Of a stretch of DNA of 64,000 nucleotides, positions 1-15,115 are shown in pieces. Below the pieces are notes generated by a model. The model was not told the DNA's origin. It searched no databases and was given only the letters and a program-made list of their open reading frames with translations. The DNA is from the human T2T-CHM13v2.0 reference genome, Homo sapiens. A program made the position numbers and the translations under genes. The stretch is taken from the NCBI RefSeq assembly GCF_009914755.1, contig NC_060929.1; one strand, given 5' to 3'. Within the stretch, counting starts at the first letter, position 1. Every line of letters starts with the position of its first letter.

Positions 1-279
1 CAAGTTGTGTTGATGTGCCCATTCTATAAATAGACCTTTCCTGAAAGGCCAGAGCCAAGTGCTCCTGGGAGCAGAGCTTTGCAGCCCGGCCCTGACGGAG
101 GGCTGAGGACGACCCAGTGGCTCGGATGTGCTGAGGGGAGAGGGCGGCACTTGCGTTCACCTTGGGCCGTCTGCCCCATCAGAGCCTCTTCTGTTGTTCG
201 GGACTTCTCCCTGTAGAACCCCAGGGGGAGCCAGCCCTGGAGCACTTGCCTGGGGCTTGAAGGCTGGGCCGTGACCCAG

Positions 280-810
<531 letters not shown>

Positions 811-1749
811 TGTGGGTCCTTTCTTTAATGGCAGTGCTCAACCCAGGCCTGGCCATGGAGTTCAACCCTCAGCAGAGGGTGTCTGCACTGGGCCGCTTGA
901 GGGCTGTATGTGATGGACCTGTATACGGCTGCTGTTGGCAGGGGGTGAGGAGCTCACACAGTCAATGGGAAGCCCTGAGAACCTGGCTCAGGAAATCAGC
1001 AGGGTTCCAGGGCAGCCTGGTGTCCAGAGTCCTCCAGGACAGCAGCCTAGGAAGGGGGCTCTGGCTGGCTGCACAAGAGCTACTGTGGCCAGCAAAGGGC
1101 CGCGTCTGCATGCTTTCCCAGGAAGATGCACGTGTGCTCTGGGGTTACAGCAGCCCTGGCCAGGAGCCCTGGGGGAAGGAGCCCCGAGTATGAGGAACTC
1201 CAGGCTTCCCAGAGCACATGCCCCAGAGGGGCAGCTGTGATGCAGGCCAGAGAGCCTAGAATGGCCTGGCCCACTCACTCAAGCTACCATGGTGATTGTG
1301 GAGAGGTGGGCCCTGCCCTGGCAGGTTTGCCTTCTTCTGAGGGGCCTACTTTTGGCTCTCTTGACCTAAACTTTGCCTCTGTGCCAATGTTTACCCTGCA
1401 CCCCTGCAGATCCCCTCTCCACCCACTCCTCCTGCTCTGTGCCCTGTGAGTCTGGCTTCATCAGGGGGCCAGGGCCCTCTGGCTTCTGGTGGGCTTTGGC
1501 TAATGAACGACACCCAACAGGAGGTCCAGGAAGGGTGGGGAGTGAGGTCAGGATATTTGCCCTCCAGGAGGCAACTGAGTCTCTTCCATGGGCCTCAGGT
1601 TCTATGTGGTTTTCTCTCCCGCAGCTACACTCTCGGGGTCCAGCCCCTTCAGGTCTAGGAGTGGCCTTTCTCCAGCTGGGCACCCCCTTACACCTGCACA
1701 CTCCCATCAAGAAATGCTCCTCAATCACTGTGTCCAAGGCTGCAGCCTC

Positions 1750-1860
1750 GGGGCACCAGCTGTCTGTGTCTGTCCAGGACTGTCCTGGTTCTAACACTGA
1801 AATTCCCACGTCCCAGGGAACCCCTCAGTCCTGGACGAACCGGAACACTTGTCACTCTGG
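1750..1860 (+). mobile_element. MER81-like hAT-Blackjack MITE
   Basis: GGACTGTCCTGGTTCTAACACTGAAATTCCCACGTCCCAGGGAACCCCTCAGTCC resembles the MER81/MER94 family. Confidence 0.6.
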
Positions 1861-1922
1861 CTGCCGCCTGTTTCCTTGCATTCTTGTCTAGTAAGCTGAG
1901 AGTGAGAAAGGCCCAAGTTTGG

Positions 1923-2216
1923 GGCCAGGCGGGGTGGCTCACGCCTGTCATCCCAGCACTTTGGGAGGCCGAGGCGGGTGGATCATGAGGTCAGGAGTTC
2001 AAGACCAGCCTGGCCAAGATGGTGAAACCCCGTCTCTACTAAAAATACGAAAAATTAGCCAGAGGTGCTGGCAGGTGCCTGTAATCCCAGCTACTTGGGA
2101 GGCTGAGGCAGAGAATTGCTTGAACCCGGGAGGCAGAAGTTTCAGTGAGCCGAGATCATGCTACTGCACTCTAACCTGGGTGACAGAGTGAGACTCTGTC
2201 TCAAAAAAAAAAAAAA
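1923..2216 (+). mobile_element. AluS
   Basis: GGCCAGGCGGGGTGGCTCACGCC start, A-rich linker, poly-A tail. Confidence 0.95.
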
Positions 2217-3178
2217 GCCCCAAGGTTGGACTCCCAGTGTCTCAGGACCAGTGTGAGAAGTGCAGCAGTTGCCCAGCACTGAGTGTGGCTGTTTCTTCAA
2301 GGGGGTTGCCTCCAAGTTCTTCCTATCCCAATGCCTAGGCTGGGTGCTGGCTGTGCTACTTGCCTGGGGTTCCCGCCTGGCCCCATAGGCAGCTGAGCCA
2401 GCAACACCACATACTGCAGAAGTCCTACAGGTTGCGGGCTGGGGGGCGGGTAGGAAGAGTAGGAAGCGCTCTGAGTGTGGTGCTGAATGTCTCCTCTGAG
2501 TCTAGCAGAGGCATTTGGCTGTAATTCTTAGAACTCAGTACAGGGACAGAAGTTGAAGGTTTGGGACCCAGGACACTTCTGGTGTCTCCCTCCAGACAGT
2601 GGGTTTTGGGTGAGCCATGCAGACAGGAATGGGCAGCATCCCAAGCAAACGTCAGCTCAGCACCAAAGGGCATGGGCCAGACCCCAGAGCATGCCTGGAG
2701 CCACTCCCTGCCCCCTGAGCGGCCTTGTTTCCCTGTGCGTCTAGGCAGCTGGGTGGGACATGAGACTCTCCCAGCCTCTGCTGGTGCAGGTAGGAGGCTT
2801 AGGGAGGGTGTCCACTAAGTGAGCCAGCAATGGTACCTTCTGGAGTGACCAACAGGCAGGGGGGTCATCTGTGCCTGCTTCCCTCTCCACTGGGGATAGC
2901 ACCCTGACTTCTTCTGTGGAATCACCCCTTCTCTCCACTCAGCCTGCTGGATCGTGAGGGGCTGCCAATCAACACAGTCTAGCTCCAGGCTGGACAGAGG
3001 ACCTCAATCAGCCTGACGAGAACTAGCAGGTGTCATCTCAGAGGAGTCTTGCTGGACTCATCAGAAAAGAGAGGGTCTCTTTCCCGCAGAGTTACTAAGG
3101 TATGAGAATGCGAGACTGGGGTTTTGCTTGTGGGGTTTCAACTTGATCCAAGTGGAGAGACTCTGAGAGTGGGGATAA

Positions 3179-3508
<330 letters not shown>

Positions 3509-4740
3509 TCCTCAGGCTTTTTGTTCCTTGCTTGGATGGGGGCCTTGGCTTGCCTGGCGAGGTTGACCCTTGTCCCCAGGGACTTCTGCACCATTTGCCC
3601 TCTCCTCTGGCCTTTGCTGCCCTGGGCCTGGCAGTGTTTAGAGGTCTTCCAAGCAGCCTGCCCAGTCACTTAGGCATTCCTTATCTTCATGCACACTGCA
3701 CGGTGGAGGTGGGCCCTTCCCTTCTGGGAAGCCTTCCTGTGATATGGTCTTCAAGCACTGATCTTTGTGAAATTCCTCGAGGTTTCTCATGGGATGCTGG
3801 TAGCACTACCACCTGTTTACATAATCTGTGAGATGACTGACACCATAACTTTAATCTTCCATGGAGCAGTGAGAGTGGAGGTCTCACAGCTCACGATGCC
3901 CCCGGAAGCCTGTTGCCGGAGAACCCATGAGTGCTCACCGGGGCATCTGCTCCATCCTTTCACATAAGTGAGTCGCACTGTTGCTGGGGGTGGAGATTTT
4001 CTCTACCCAGCCTGAGCTGACATAAAGGGAGCTCATAATGGCTCTAGGAGGGAAAACAACTCCCAGGTGTATTCATAGACAAGCCAAGCCAATAAAACGG
4101 GGCTTCCACATTCTGAGGATATGGCCACGTGTTGCTTATGTTTGGAAATAACTAGACCCATTTACGAAACTCATCTTCCTTTTCTTGTAAATCACTTTTT
4201 GACTTTCTTTTCTCGATAATATTATCTTCAGAAAATCTTTCTGATCTTAAAGGATATGTATACACACATGTATTTTTGTTATGAAAAATTTCACACATAC
4301 ACAAAAATAATCTGATGGACTTCCACGTACTCATCACCCAGAGTCAGCTATTATCAACATTTGGCCTGTCTTGCTCCATCTATCCCTACAGTTTTTGCTT
4401 TGTTTTGTTTTGCTGGACCAAATCCTGATATGGTTTGATTTGCTAATACAGGCATACCTCATTTTCTTGTACTTTGCCTTATTGCATTTTTCAAAAATTG
4501 AATTTTTCACTAAATTGAAGGTTTGTGGCAACCCTGCATTGAGCAAGTCTATCGGTGCATTTTTTCAACAGCATGTAGTCACTTTGTGTCACTTTATGTC
4601 CCTGTGTTAGCATTTTTTAACAGCATGTAGTACTCACTTTGTGTCTCTGTGTTAGCATTTTTTAGCAATAAAGTATCTTAAGATTAAAATATGTGCATTT
4701 TTTAGACACAATGCTATTGCACACTTAATAGACTATAGTA

Positions 4741-5036
4741 GGCCGGGCGCAGTGGCTCATGCCTGTAATCCCAGCACTTTGGGAGGCCAAAGCGGGCTGA
4801 TCACAAGGTCAGGAGTTCGAGACCAACCTGGCCAACATGGTGAAACCCTGTTTCTACCAAAAATACCAAAGTTAGCCAGGCGTGGTGGCGCGTGCCTGTA
4901 GTCCCAGCTACTCAGGAGGCCAAGGCAGGAGAATCACTTGAACCTGGGAGGCAGAGTTTCAGTGAGCCGAGATCGAGCCACTGCACTCCAGCCTGGGCGA
5001 TAGAGCAAGAGTCTGTCTCAAAATTAATAATAATAA
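4741..5036 (+). mobile_element. AluS
   Basis: Full dimer, TSD TAATAGAC(T/C)ATAGTA. Confidence 0.95.
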
Positions 5037-5065
5037 TAATAGACCATAGTATAAACATAACTTTT

Positions 5066-5407
<342 letters not shown>

Positions 5408-6134
5408 TGACTCACTTTATTAGGATATTCACTTTATTGTGATGGTCTGGAACCAAACACAAAGTATCTTCCGGGTATGCCTGTAATTCATGATGTGGAT
5501 TTTAAAGTAAAGACTCTTATGACCATGATACCAGTATCACAGCAAACAAAACTCATAATACCTTAATAGTATCTAACACTCACTTCCTATTCCTACTTCC
5601 TCGATTGTCTCAAAAACATCTTTTTACAGCTTGTTGGTTCAAATCAGTGTACAAACAGTATCCACACATGGCTAGTGTGTTTCTAAGACTTGTAAAATAC
5701 GGAATCCATGAGAACTTTCACAACTTCCCCATGCCATTCGCTCTCCCATCTTGGGGTGGTCTGAGAGTAGCAAGTGTTTTTACAGCCTGCAAACCCTCTG
5801 TAACTGTGCTCCCGTGAATGTCCATTTCCTGCCTGGCCCGGAGCAGGCACTGAGACTGTGTGGGCACCACGTGCTGCTGGAAAAGCAGCAGCCCCAGGGC
5901 CCGGAGCCCAGAGTGGCCGGAGATGTGAAGACAAGGGAGGGATGTGTAGAAATGCCGGTGCCCACAAGAGGCGGCTGCAGGGTGTGGACAGTCCTGGCTC
6001 CATAGTTGGGCTGGCCAGGGCCGAGCCTTGACTCCCTGCGGCTTCGAGCCTCTGGCATTCTCCTCTTGCATCAGACGGAGGCAGCTGGCACTCTCATACA
6101 CTGCTGGGGAGAGTATCCATGGGTACAACTTTCT

Positions 6135-6390
6135 TTTTTGTTTGTTTGATTTTTTTGAGACGGAGTCTCACTCTGTCATCCAGCCTGGAGTGCAGTGGCG
6201 CGATCTCAGCTCACTGCAATTTCTGCCTCCCAGGCTCAAGAGATTCTCATGCTGGGATTACAGGCATGCACCATCATGCCTGGCTAATTTTTGTATTTTT
6301 AGTAGAGACGGGGTTTCGCTATGTTGGCCAAGCTGGTCTCGAACTCCTGGCCTCAAGTGATTGTCCCACCTCGGCCTCCCAAAGTGCTGG
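6135..6390 (-). mobile_element. AluS, 5'-truncated with a small internal deletion
   Basis: TSD GGGTACAACTTTCT at 6121-6134 and 6391-6404. Confidence 0.9.
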
Positions 6391-6704
6391 GGGTACAACT
6401 TTCTAGAGAGAAATTTGGTAGTATATATGAACGACCTTAAAATGTCTATTTTCTGACGCATTATTCTAATGGGATAATGAACAACTGGGCAAAAAATATT
6501 TGAGATGTTCACCTGGTGCTGTTTATACTTAGCAAACGTTGAAAATAACCCACATCCCTCAATAGGGACGGGTTACGTGAAGAATGGAACATGCCCACCA
6601 GGAAAGGTCACGCAGCCCTGAGACTCAGACACAGGTTATATTGCTAAGCAGAAGAAGAGGGCTACAGCAACGTTGTTGTATTGCATAATCCTCATTGTGC
6701 TCTT

Positions 6705-7245
6705 GCTTTATTTTTAACAGCTTTACTGAGATATAATTCACTTACATACAATTCACCCGCTTAATGTGTATAAAATAGGGAGTGTTGGTGAGTGGGTGCG
6801 GTTTTGTTAGACAGGGGAAATGTGTGCTGGAGACCTCAGGTACAGCATGTGTGTACTGAAAAATTGCTAAGAAAGTAGATCGCCAATGCTGTCACCACAA
6901 AAACAAAACAAAACACCACAAACCCCAATAACGGTGTGAAATGACAAACAAAACACCACAAACCCCAATAACGGTGTGAAATGACAAACAAAACACCACA
7001 AACCCCAATAACGTGTGAAGTGATGGATATGTTAGTTGGTTGGTGTTAGTCGTCTCATGATGTCTATCTGTATCAAAACATCACACTGTATGCCACAAAT
7101 ATGTACAATGTCCATTTGTCAATTATGCCACAGTAAAACGGGGGAAAAATAAGGTGTATGATTCAGTGTCATCTAGTACATGACCAGAGTCGTGCGGCCT
7201 TCATCACCATCAGTTTGAGAACATTTTCATCATCCTCCAACCAAA
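6705..7245. mobile_element. Nested old L1M 3'-end fragments (minus-strand copy interrupted by a plus-strand copy)
   Basis: TTTTAACAGCTTTACTGAGATATAATTCAC...GAGAACATTTTCATC flank a plus-strand L1MA/MB tail (GAAAAATTGCTAAGAAAGTAGAT...TTTGTCAATTATGCC). Confidence 0.65.
6906..7023. repeat. 40-bp tandem repeat, ~3 copies
   Basis: AAACAAAACACCACAAACCCCAATAACGGTGTGAAATGAC at 6906, 6946 and 6986 (third copy slightly variant). Confidence 0.95.
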
Positions 7246-8058
7246 AAAGATGGGGAACCTCTGAATCTGGAGGGAAGGCTTCTTGACCGTGGTGTTCTGG
7301 AAGCAGAAAGGCTGGCCCCTTGCCTGGGAGAAGCAGCGTGGTTTCCCTGTCCTGCCTGCAAAGTGGCTAGTGGCAGGCCTGTAAGCAGGGCCCGGGAATG
7401 CTGCGCGTCCAGGGGGCCATGGAGGCTTGTGCCAGGCCTTTGTCCTGGAGCCCTCATAGGCTGGACAGGACCACACCTACAGAAGTGTAATGAGCTGGAC
7501 CTCCCTTCCCACCAGCAGCTCCTCTCAGGAGTCCCTGGTGCCTCCCGCATCTGCCCAGGCTGCTGAGTTGGGGTCACGGGCCTCTTGGCACCAGCCTGTC
7601 TGGCTAGTCTGCTCCTTGGCAGAGAAGTCAGGGCAGGGAGAACAAGGGGCTCTGTGTCCTCTAGGGGTGCAAACTGCCCCACATCACGATCTCAATCAGT
7701 GGAGTGAAATGATTTGGACCGTCTCATGAATCTGCAGATGTTGGTGAGCAAAAATAACTGAAAACAAGCCAGCATCCAGACTCCCAGCCTTCCAGCCTGG
7801 CACGTCCCAGTGGTGCAGGTGCATAGATGGAGTCACAGCAGAGATCCTGATGGCAGGGGCCACTTTCCTGGAAGGGACTCGCCAACCCTGTCTTGGCGCC
7901 CGCTGACCCTAAACATAGGCAGGTCACAGTGACTGCCCACTCGGGGGTCCTAGATCCTGACTATCATGAGACTTCATGCCAGGTGCCTCTATACCTGCTG
8001 TCTGGAAAACCATTTGAGGTGCGACACTGTTCTCTCATGGGCCAACAAGAAGATCCCT

Positions 8059-8360
<302 letters not shown>

Positions 8361-8639
8361 TCTTGTAGTCTGTGACTGCGGTGCCTCGATGGATCACAGT
8401 GATGGGCCCCAAGAGCTCCACTGAGCACAAGGCTCTCCTGCCTTCTCCCAGCTTCTGTCCCCTGACTCTGAGTCTAGCCTGGAGTCCCGCCGAGCACAGG
8501 CCTCAAGCCTGTGGGGCAGAACTCACCTCAAATCAGCTGAAGCAAAAAAGAAAGGAAATGTACTGTTCCCAAGTGGGTCCAGGGGCTCAGGCAGTTCTTC
8601 CTGGTGCCACCTGCCGTGCCTAGGAGTAGAGGGTCACTG

Positions 8640-9430
<791 letters not shown>

Positions 9431-10121
9431 TGTAAAAAACCTTTTGTCCATCACAAATGTGTAAGAGTCGGCCTGGGCCAGGGGGAGGGACGTCAGGGCA
9501 GTCAGGGCCAGGCGGAAGGGAAGTGTGTAGGGAGGGGAGCCCAATGGGTTGAAGTAGGAACCTCATGGGGTGCTGCAGGTGGAGCCCGGGAGCCTAGGGT
9601 GTGGGGCCCACAGATAGGGCGGGCTGGGCAGTCCTTCCCCATGCCCTCCATTGTGGGAGGCTCAGCGGAGGGCCTTACACAGAAGTGACCTGGAGGGACC
9701 TGCACTTTAGGAAGATCCCTGGGGCAGTGGGATGCTGGGTGGGCGGGAGGCTTCAGGGGAGCACAAACGGTCCCAGAGCTGCTGGGGAGGGGAGGGAGGG
9801 AAGGAAGCGTGGCATGCCCCATGGATCCAGCCCTGGAGGGCACCAGGAGCGCCGAGGCTGGCTTTCAGAACAAAGGCAGCAGCAGGCTGGGGAGGTGAGG
9901 AACATGGTTGCGCCTGGTTGGATAGGTGCCAGTGGACACCCCATTCTGCAGTGGAGAGGTACATGGGCACTTGGATATGTATCTGGGGCTTAGAGAAGGA
10001 GCTGGGCTGGAGGCTGGTCAGAGTCGGGGGACCTGGATGGGAAGAGGTGGAGGGCGGGGACGGGGAAGATGCAGAGGAACCCGTGCCAGGAGGCCTGATC
10101 TGCACTCAGGTGCCTGCTCCT

Positions 10122-10192
10122 GCTGGCCTGTGACTTTGGGCAAGCCCCCACATCTCCTGGAGCCTTGATTTCCTCATCTGTAAAACGGGGCT
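10122..10192 (+). mobile_element. MIR core fragment
   Basis: TGTGACTTTGGGCAAG...GAGCCTTGATTTCCTCATCTGTAAAACGGGG is the MIR core. Confidence 0.75.
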
Positions 10193-10836
10193 GGGAAGGC
10201 CTAGCTCCCAGGCAGTCATGAGGACAGAAGAGAACAGGCTCTGCAAACTGCGTGGCACAGCGTGCATGCTCAGAGGACAGTGAGGAAGCCTGCAGGCAGG
10301 GCAGGGGCCAGGCCAGAGAAGGTCCCAGAGCCACAGCTCAGGGAGGGGCAGGCTGTCCATGGGGAGGGGCAGCTGCTTCTGGTTCCCTGTGAGCTAAACT
10401 CAAGTGTCCCTGGTGGAGTCCGATGGGTGCGGCTCAAGCTGGGGAAGGACGCTCCGTCAGTGGGGGTTCTGCAGCGGGGTCACTGCCAAGAACAGCTGCA
10501 AAGCCACCCTGGCGGTGGCATTCAGAGCCTTCATTATTTTCTTCAGAACACACAGCTGGGAAATAAATGATCACTGGCTGCAAGGATGGGTGTTGGCCAG
10601 ATGGCCTTTCTGTCACCCCTCCCAGCTAAAAGGGATTTTGGGAAATTGTCTTGTCATCGGATGAGGAAAATGAGCTGTGTGCTGCCTGTTTTCAGATCGC
10701 GAGTGAGTCAGACAGTGGTGGGGCTACAGAGAGTCTCAGGCCTTTGGACCAATCCACCCACTGGACAGATGGGAGAGGGGCCCGAGAGGCTGGGCGCCTT
10801 GTGTGGATCATCCGGCAGGTCAAGGGCCCTCGAGGT

Positions 10837-10969
10837 GGCCACCAGCTGGTGCGGACTCCTGCCTTCAGGTGGAGCTGCACTCCGGGCTTTGGCATGAGCT
10901 CCAGGCCACCAGCTGGTGCGGACTCCTGCCTTCAGGTGGGACTGCACTCCGGGCTTTGGCATGAGCTCC
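10837..10969. repeat. 67-bp tandem duplication in unique DNA
   Basis: GGCCACCAGCTGGTGCGGACTCC...GGCATGAGCTCC at 10837 and 10904; copies differ only at GGAGCTG vs GGGACTG. Confidence 0.95.
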
Positions 10970-12008
10970 GGCACCCCCTAAACTTGCCTGCGGCCCACTT
11001 AGGGATGCTTTCAGAGGGGCCCACCGTATCCTGGAGTCGTGGTGTGAGAGGTTTTGCGTGTGTGTGTGCGCACGCAAAGGGGGAGCTGGAGGCCGGGCAT
11101 GTGTGATCTCCAGGGCCACGAGTGGTATGTGAGCTCCATTCTCTAATGGCAGGGAAAGTGGATAGCACAAGAAACTGCTGCTCCTCTTCCAGGCCTTGGC
11201 GGTTGCTGTTTCCCCGGCCTGAAGGCTTCCTCCCTTCCCAGGTGGCTCTTGTCCCCACTTCAGAGAAGCCTTCCTGACTGCTCCGTTGACAGCAGTCACC
11301 TAATTCAACCTGGCTACTTGCCTGACGCCCAGACCCTGCCCAGTGCCCCTGGGGTGCCCCCTTGCAGGCCAAGCCGCAGCTTCCATCACCAGGCCTTAGC
11401 CAAGCTTCCATCCTGTTTCCAGCTCCCTCTGGGAGGACCCTGGCTGGGCGAGCAGGGCCTTAGTAACCTCCCTCCTAGAGGAAGGGACAAGCTGGGGGGC
11501 CAGGGCTGCCCCTGGGATCTGAGGAGTGGGGTTGGGCAGAGGCAATCAGGTGTCTTACTGGGCCTGAGAGGGCGACTGCACAGCCTCATTCCTCCGCTAC
11601 CAACCACTGAGACGGTGCAAAGCTCAGGCCTGGGCTGAGAAGCAACTGCCCAGCAGGCGCTTCCCCCAGAGAGCTCCATTTCTGTGGCCTCCCAGGCATG
11701 GCCTCCATACCTGGAACCCTCTCATGGCAGGGAACAGGGCTGCTTTGAGCCTGCTGGGTTAGGGTTTGGATCTCTGCTCTGATCCCAAGGCTCTTCATTG
11801 CTAGCTCAGCTCTCTCCAGACATGTGGACTCACATGTGAAATGGGAATTATACTCCAGCTCAATAACTTGTGAGGATAACATAAGAGAAGGTAACAGGAA
11901 TGTTCATAAAATTCTATAGTAAATTTAAGTATTTTCAAAAAAAATAGAAATCAAGCAAAAATATTTTTCTGGTTACAATAAGAGGATAATTAAAAAAAAA
12001 AAATCTCT

Positions 12009-12341
12009 GCCAGGCGTGGTGGCTCACGCCTGTAATCCCAGCACTTTGGGAGGCCGAGGCAGGTGGATCACGAGGTCAAGAAATCGAGACCATCCTGGCC
12101 AACATGGTGAAACCCCGTCTCTACTAAAAATACAAAATTAGCTGGGCGTGGTGGCGTGTGCCTGTAGTCCCAGCTACTCAGGAGGCTGAGGCAGGAGAAT
12201 CACTTGAACCCAGGAGACGGAACTTGGAGTGAGCCGAGATCATGCCACTGCTTTCCAGCCTGGGCAACAAGAGCAAAACTCTGTCTCAAAAAAAAAAAAA
12301 AAAAAACCAAAAAAAAAAAAAAAAGAAAAAAGAAAAAAAAA
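12009..12341 (+). mobile_element. AluSc-like
   Basis: Full dimer with a long A-rich tail. Confidence 0.9.
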
Positions 12342-12381
12342 TAAGCCTAGAGCAGAAGAGGACATTAGAACTGAAACTGTG

Positions 12382-12717
<336 letters not shown>

Positions 12718-13072
12718 CTATAAGGTGCGGGATGCATACACAGTGGTATTCACAGGAAAGTTCATAGCCTAAAAACATCTTTTAGAAAATATAAAAGAAG
12801 AAAACTCCTTGCAAGCAGGGCTTTTTTTTTTTTTTTCTTTTCTGTTTTGTTCACTGATATATGCCAAGTGCCTAGAGCCGAGGAGGCGGAAGAAGCTGAG
12901 GAGGACAGAATGGGGCAGGCTCTGTGGTCAGGAGAGGAGGAGGAGGCTGCTGGAAACTTTGAGGACTGAAAACTCAGGGCCAGACTAGATAAGGGCCATT
13001 GTGGCTGGTGCCAGCTGGATATTACGAACAGAGAACAAGATCGTCCCCCAGACCAACCTAGTGCTTTCTACA

Positions 13073-13200
13073 TAGGGTCACCGCATAATTTCCTGTCTAA
13101 ACCAGGGACTCTGAGAGTAAAGAGGTGTGTTGTTTGTAACCATGCCAAGACAACAGAAGTAAGCTGGGACTGTACCCCACAAATCAGTTGTGAGGCCACT
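13073..13200. mobile_element. MER94-like hAT-Blackjack MITE
   Basis: TAGGGTCACCGCATAATTTCCTGTCTAAACCAGGGAC...GACAACAG...GGGACTGT resembles MER94/MER81. Confidence 0.55.
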
Positions 13201-13350
13201 TTATTCTCACGAAATCCCAGAGAAGGCAGGGGCAGATATGTGTGACGCAAGTGTGTGTGAAACCCTGAACTAATGGAGATAACCAGAAAACTGAAATTGA
13301 ACTCCATCCTGGTGGAATGGGGCACAAAATTCAAATTAAACTTAGTTGTA

Positions 13351-13660
13351 GGCTTAGTTATGCTGGCTCATGCCCGTAATCTCAGCACATTGGGAGGCCG
13401 AGGCAGGAGAATCACTTGAGCCTGGGAGTTTGAGATCATCCTGGGCAACACAGCAAGATCCCATTTCTACAAAAATGAAAAATGAGCTGGGCATGGTGGC
13501 ACATGCCTGTAGTCCCAGCTACTCAGGAGACTGAGGCAGGAGAATTGCTTCAGTTAGGAGTTTGAGGTTGCAATGAGTTATGATCAAGCCACTGCCCTTG
13601 AGCCTGGGCAACAGAGTGAGACTCTTATCTCCGAAAAAAAATAGTTATAGAAAAAAATAA
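13351..13660 (+). mobile_element. AluJ
   Basis: Diverged dimer with AluJ features (GAGTTTGAGGTTGCAATGAGTTATGATC). Confidence 0.9.
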
Positions 13661-13699
13661 GCAGTTACATTTTATATTCCTGCAGGATACAGGTGGCAC

Positions 13700-14130
13700 C
13701 CTCAAAATAGGTAGTTTGAGAAGATGTTAGTAGAAGGTGTGTGAAGGTGAGGACAGGGTGTGAGGAGAACACAGGCAGTACTCTGGTGCTAGTAACAGCA
13801 GGGAACCGTTACTGTTTCTAGGCCAGAAGGAGCAATGGGAGAGAGAAGTTTCTGGAACTCTGAGGCTGAAAGGGCTGTGTGGAGTTTGTCTGATAGAAGC
13901 TGTGACCTTCGGCTGTGGGACGCAGGAGGCCCTGCAGGAAGGATTTTCTTCTTCTCTCTCCCTCCAGTCTTCTGCTAAACACCTCCCTTGGGCTGAACCC
14001 CACTCGAAGTGACAAGAAAAAAGAGCCCTTTCCATGTGACCCATAACCAGCCTCCTGGAATACAGAACAGGATGGAGAAAAGTGGAGGGTGGGTCAGGAA
14101 AGGTAGATGGAAGATCTCCAAAACAGCTCA
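13700..14130. mobile_element. Old ERVL/MaLR-type LTR fragment
   Basis: Ends in CAGCCTCCTGGAATACAGAACAGGATGGAGAAAAGTGGAG...ATGGAAGATCTCCAAAACA, typical of old ERVL-class LTR termini; family not resolved. Confidence 0.4.
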
Positions 14131-14213
14131 CCCCTTCTCTCCTCAGCACCCAGTTCATTCAGGTAAAACTTTATGTCACCAAAGAGGGGTACAGTAATTC
14201 CTGATAGCAACAG

Positions 14214-14410
14214 CAGGGTTGGCGACTTTTTCCAGAAAGTATCGGATAGTAAATACTGAAGTTTTGTGAGCCATATCATCTTTGTTGCAACTCAGCTTGG
14301 CTGTGGCCGTGGACAATCCATACGCGAATGAGTGTGGCTGTGTCCCAATAAAACTTTGTTTACAAAAGCAGATGGCAGAGCAAATCGGGTTCATAGTTTG
14401 CTAAACCCTG
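14214..14410 (+). mobile_element. MER58A hAT-Charlie MITE
   Basis: CAGGGTTGGC...GATAGTAAATA...GTGGCTGTGTCCCAATAAAACTTTGTTTACAAAA...TAGTTTGCTAAACCCTG, with terminal inverted repeats. Confidence 0.85.
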
Positions 14411-15115
14411 AGCCGTAGTGTCATTGTGGGGTGGGGTTGGCTCCTTGGTTTGGTCCTACTGGAAACCGAAAATGTTAGCCACCACCCATGTTTTTCACAT
14501 GTGATAGCATGTTTTTAACACGGCATAGGAGAGAAACAACAGGTCAGAACATGGCTGCCCAAGCCTTTGCTTTGCTGGGAGACCTGGGGTGAAAATCTCA
14601 CTACAAATACCCAGACTCAGGGGCAGTGGCAAACAGCTTGATTGCCTGGGCAGGATCCGGAAAGAATGAGATTGGAAATTTGGGGGCCAGGTGGTCTGGA
14701 GGCAAGTCGTGTGGCTGGGGCACTTGTAATGGGCACAGCATGATGATATTGGCAGCTTCCGTGAATACCCACTCAAGGGCATCCACAGTGGAGGAAGTGT
14801 CCCAAATGCCTACGTCCCTAGGTCTCCAGACTCAGTGTGCCAGGACATTCCAACATTTCAGCCATGTTCCTTCAAAGCTTCCATCAGCCAACCCGCAGAC
14901 CGATAGCATCTCTCCCTCCTCTCCAGCCGGCACATCACATCCAGCGGGACCATAGGGTGTGTCCATGTCAATGACTGTGGGCTGACTGAATCTCACATTT
15001 CATCCCCTTGGCCAAATGCGTTGGAATCCATCCTCTCTCCTCCATCCACTCCCCATAGTCTCTGGGCTTCTGATGGCACAGCGGCTCCGGAGGGTGCAGG
15101 TGTATGCAGGCAGAA

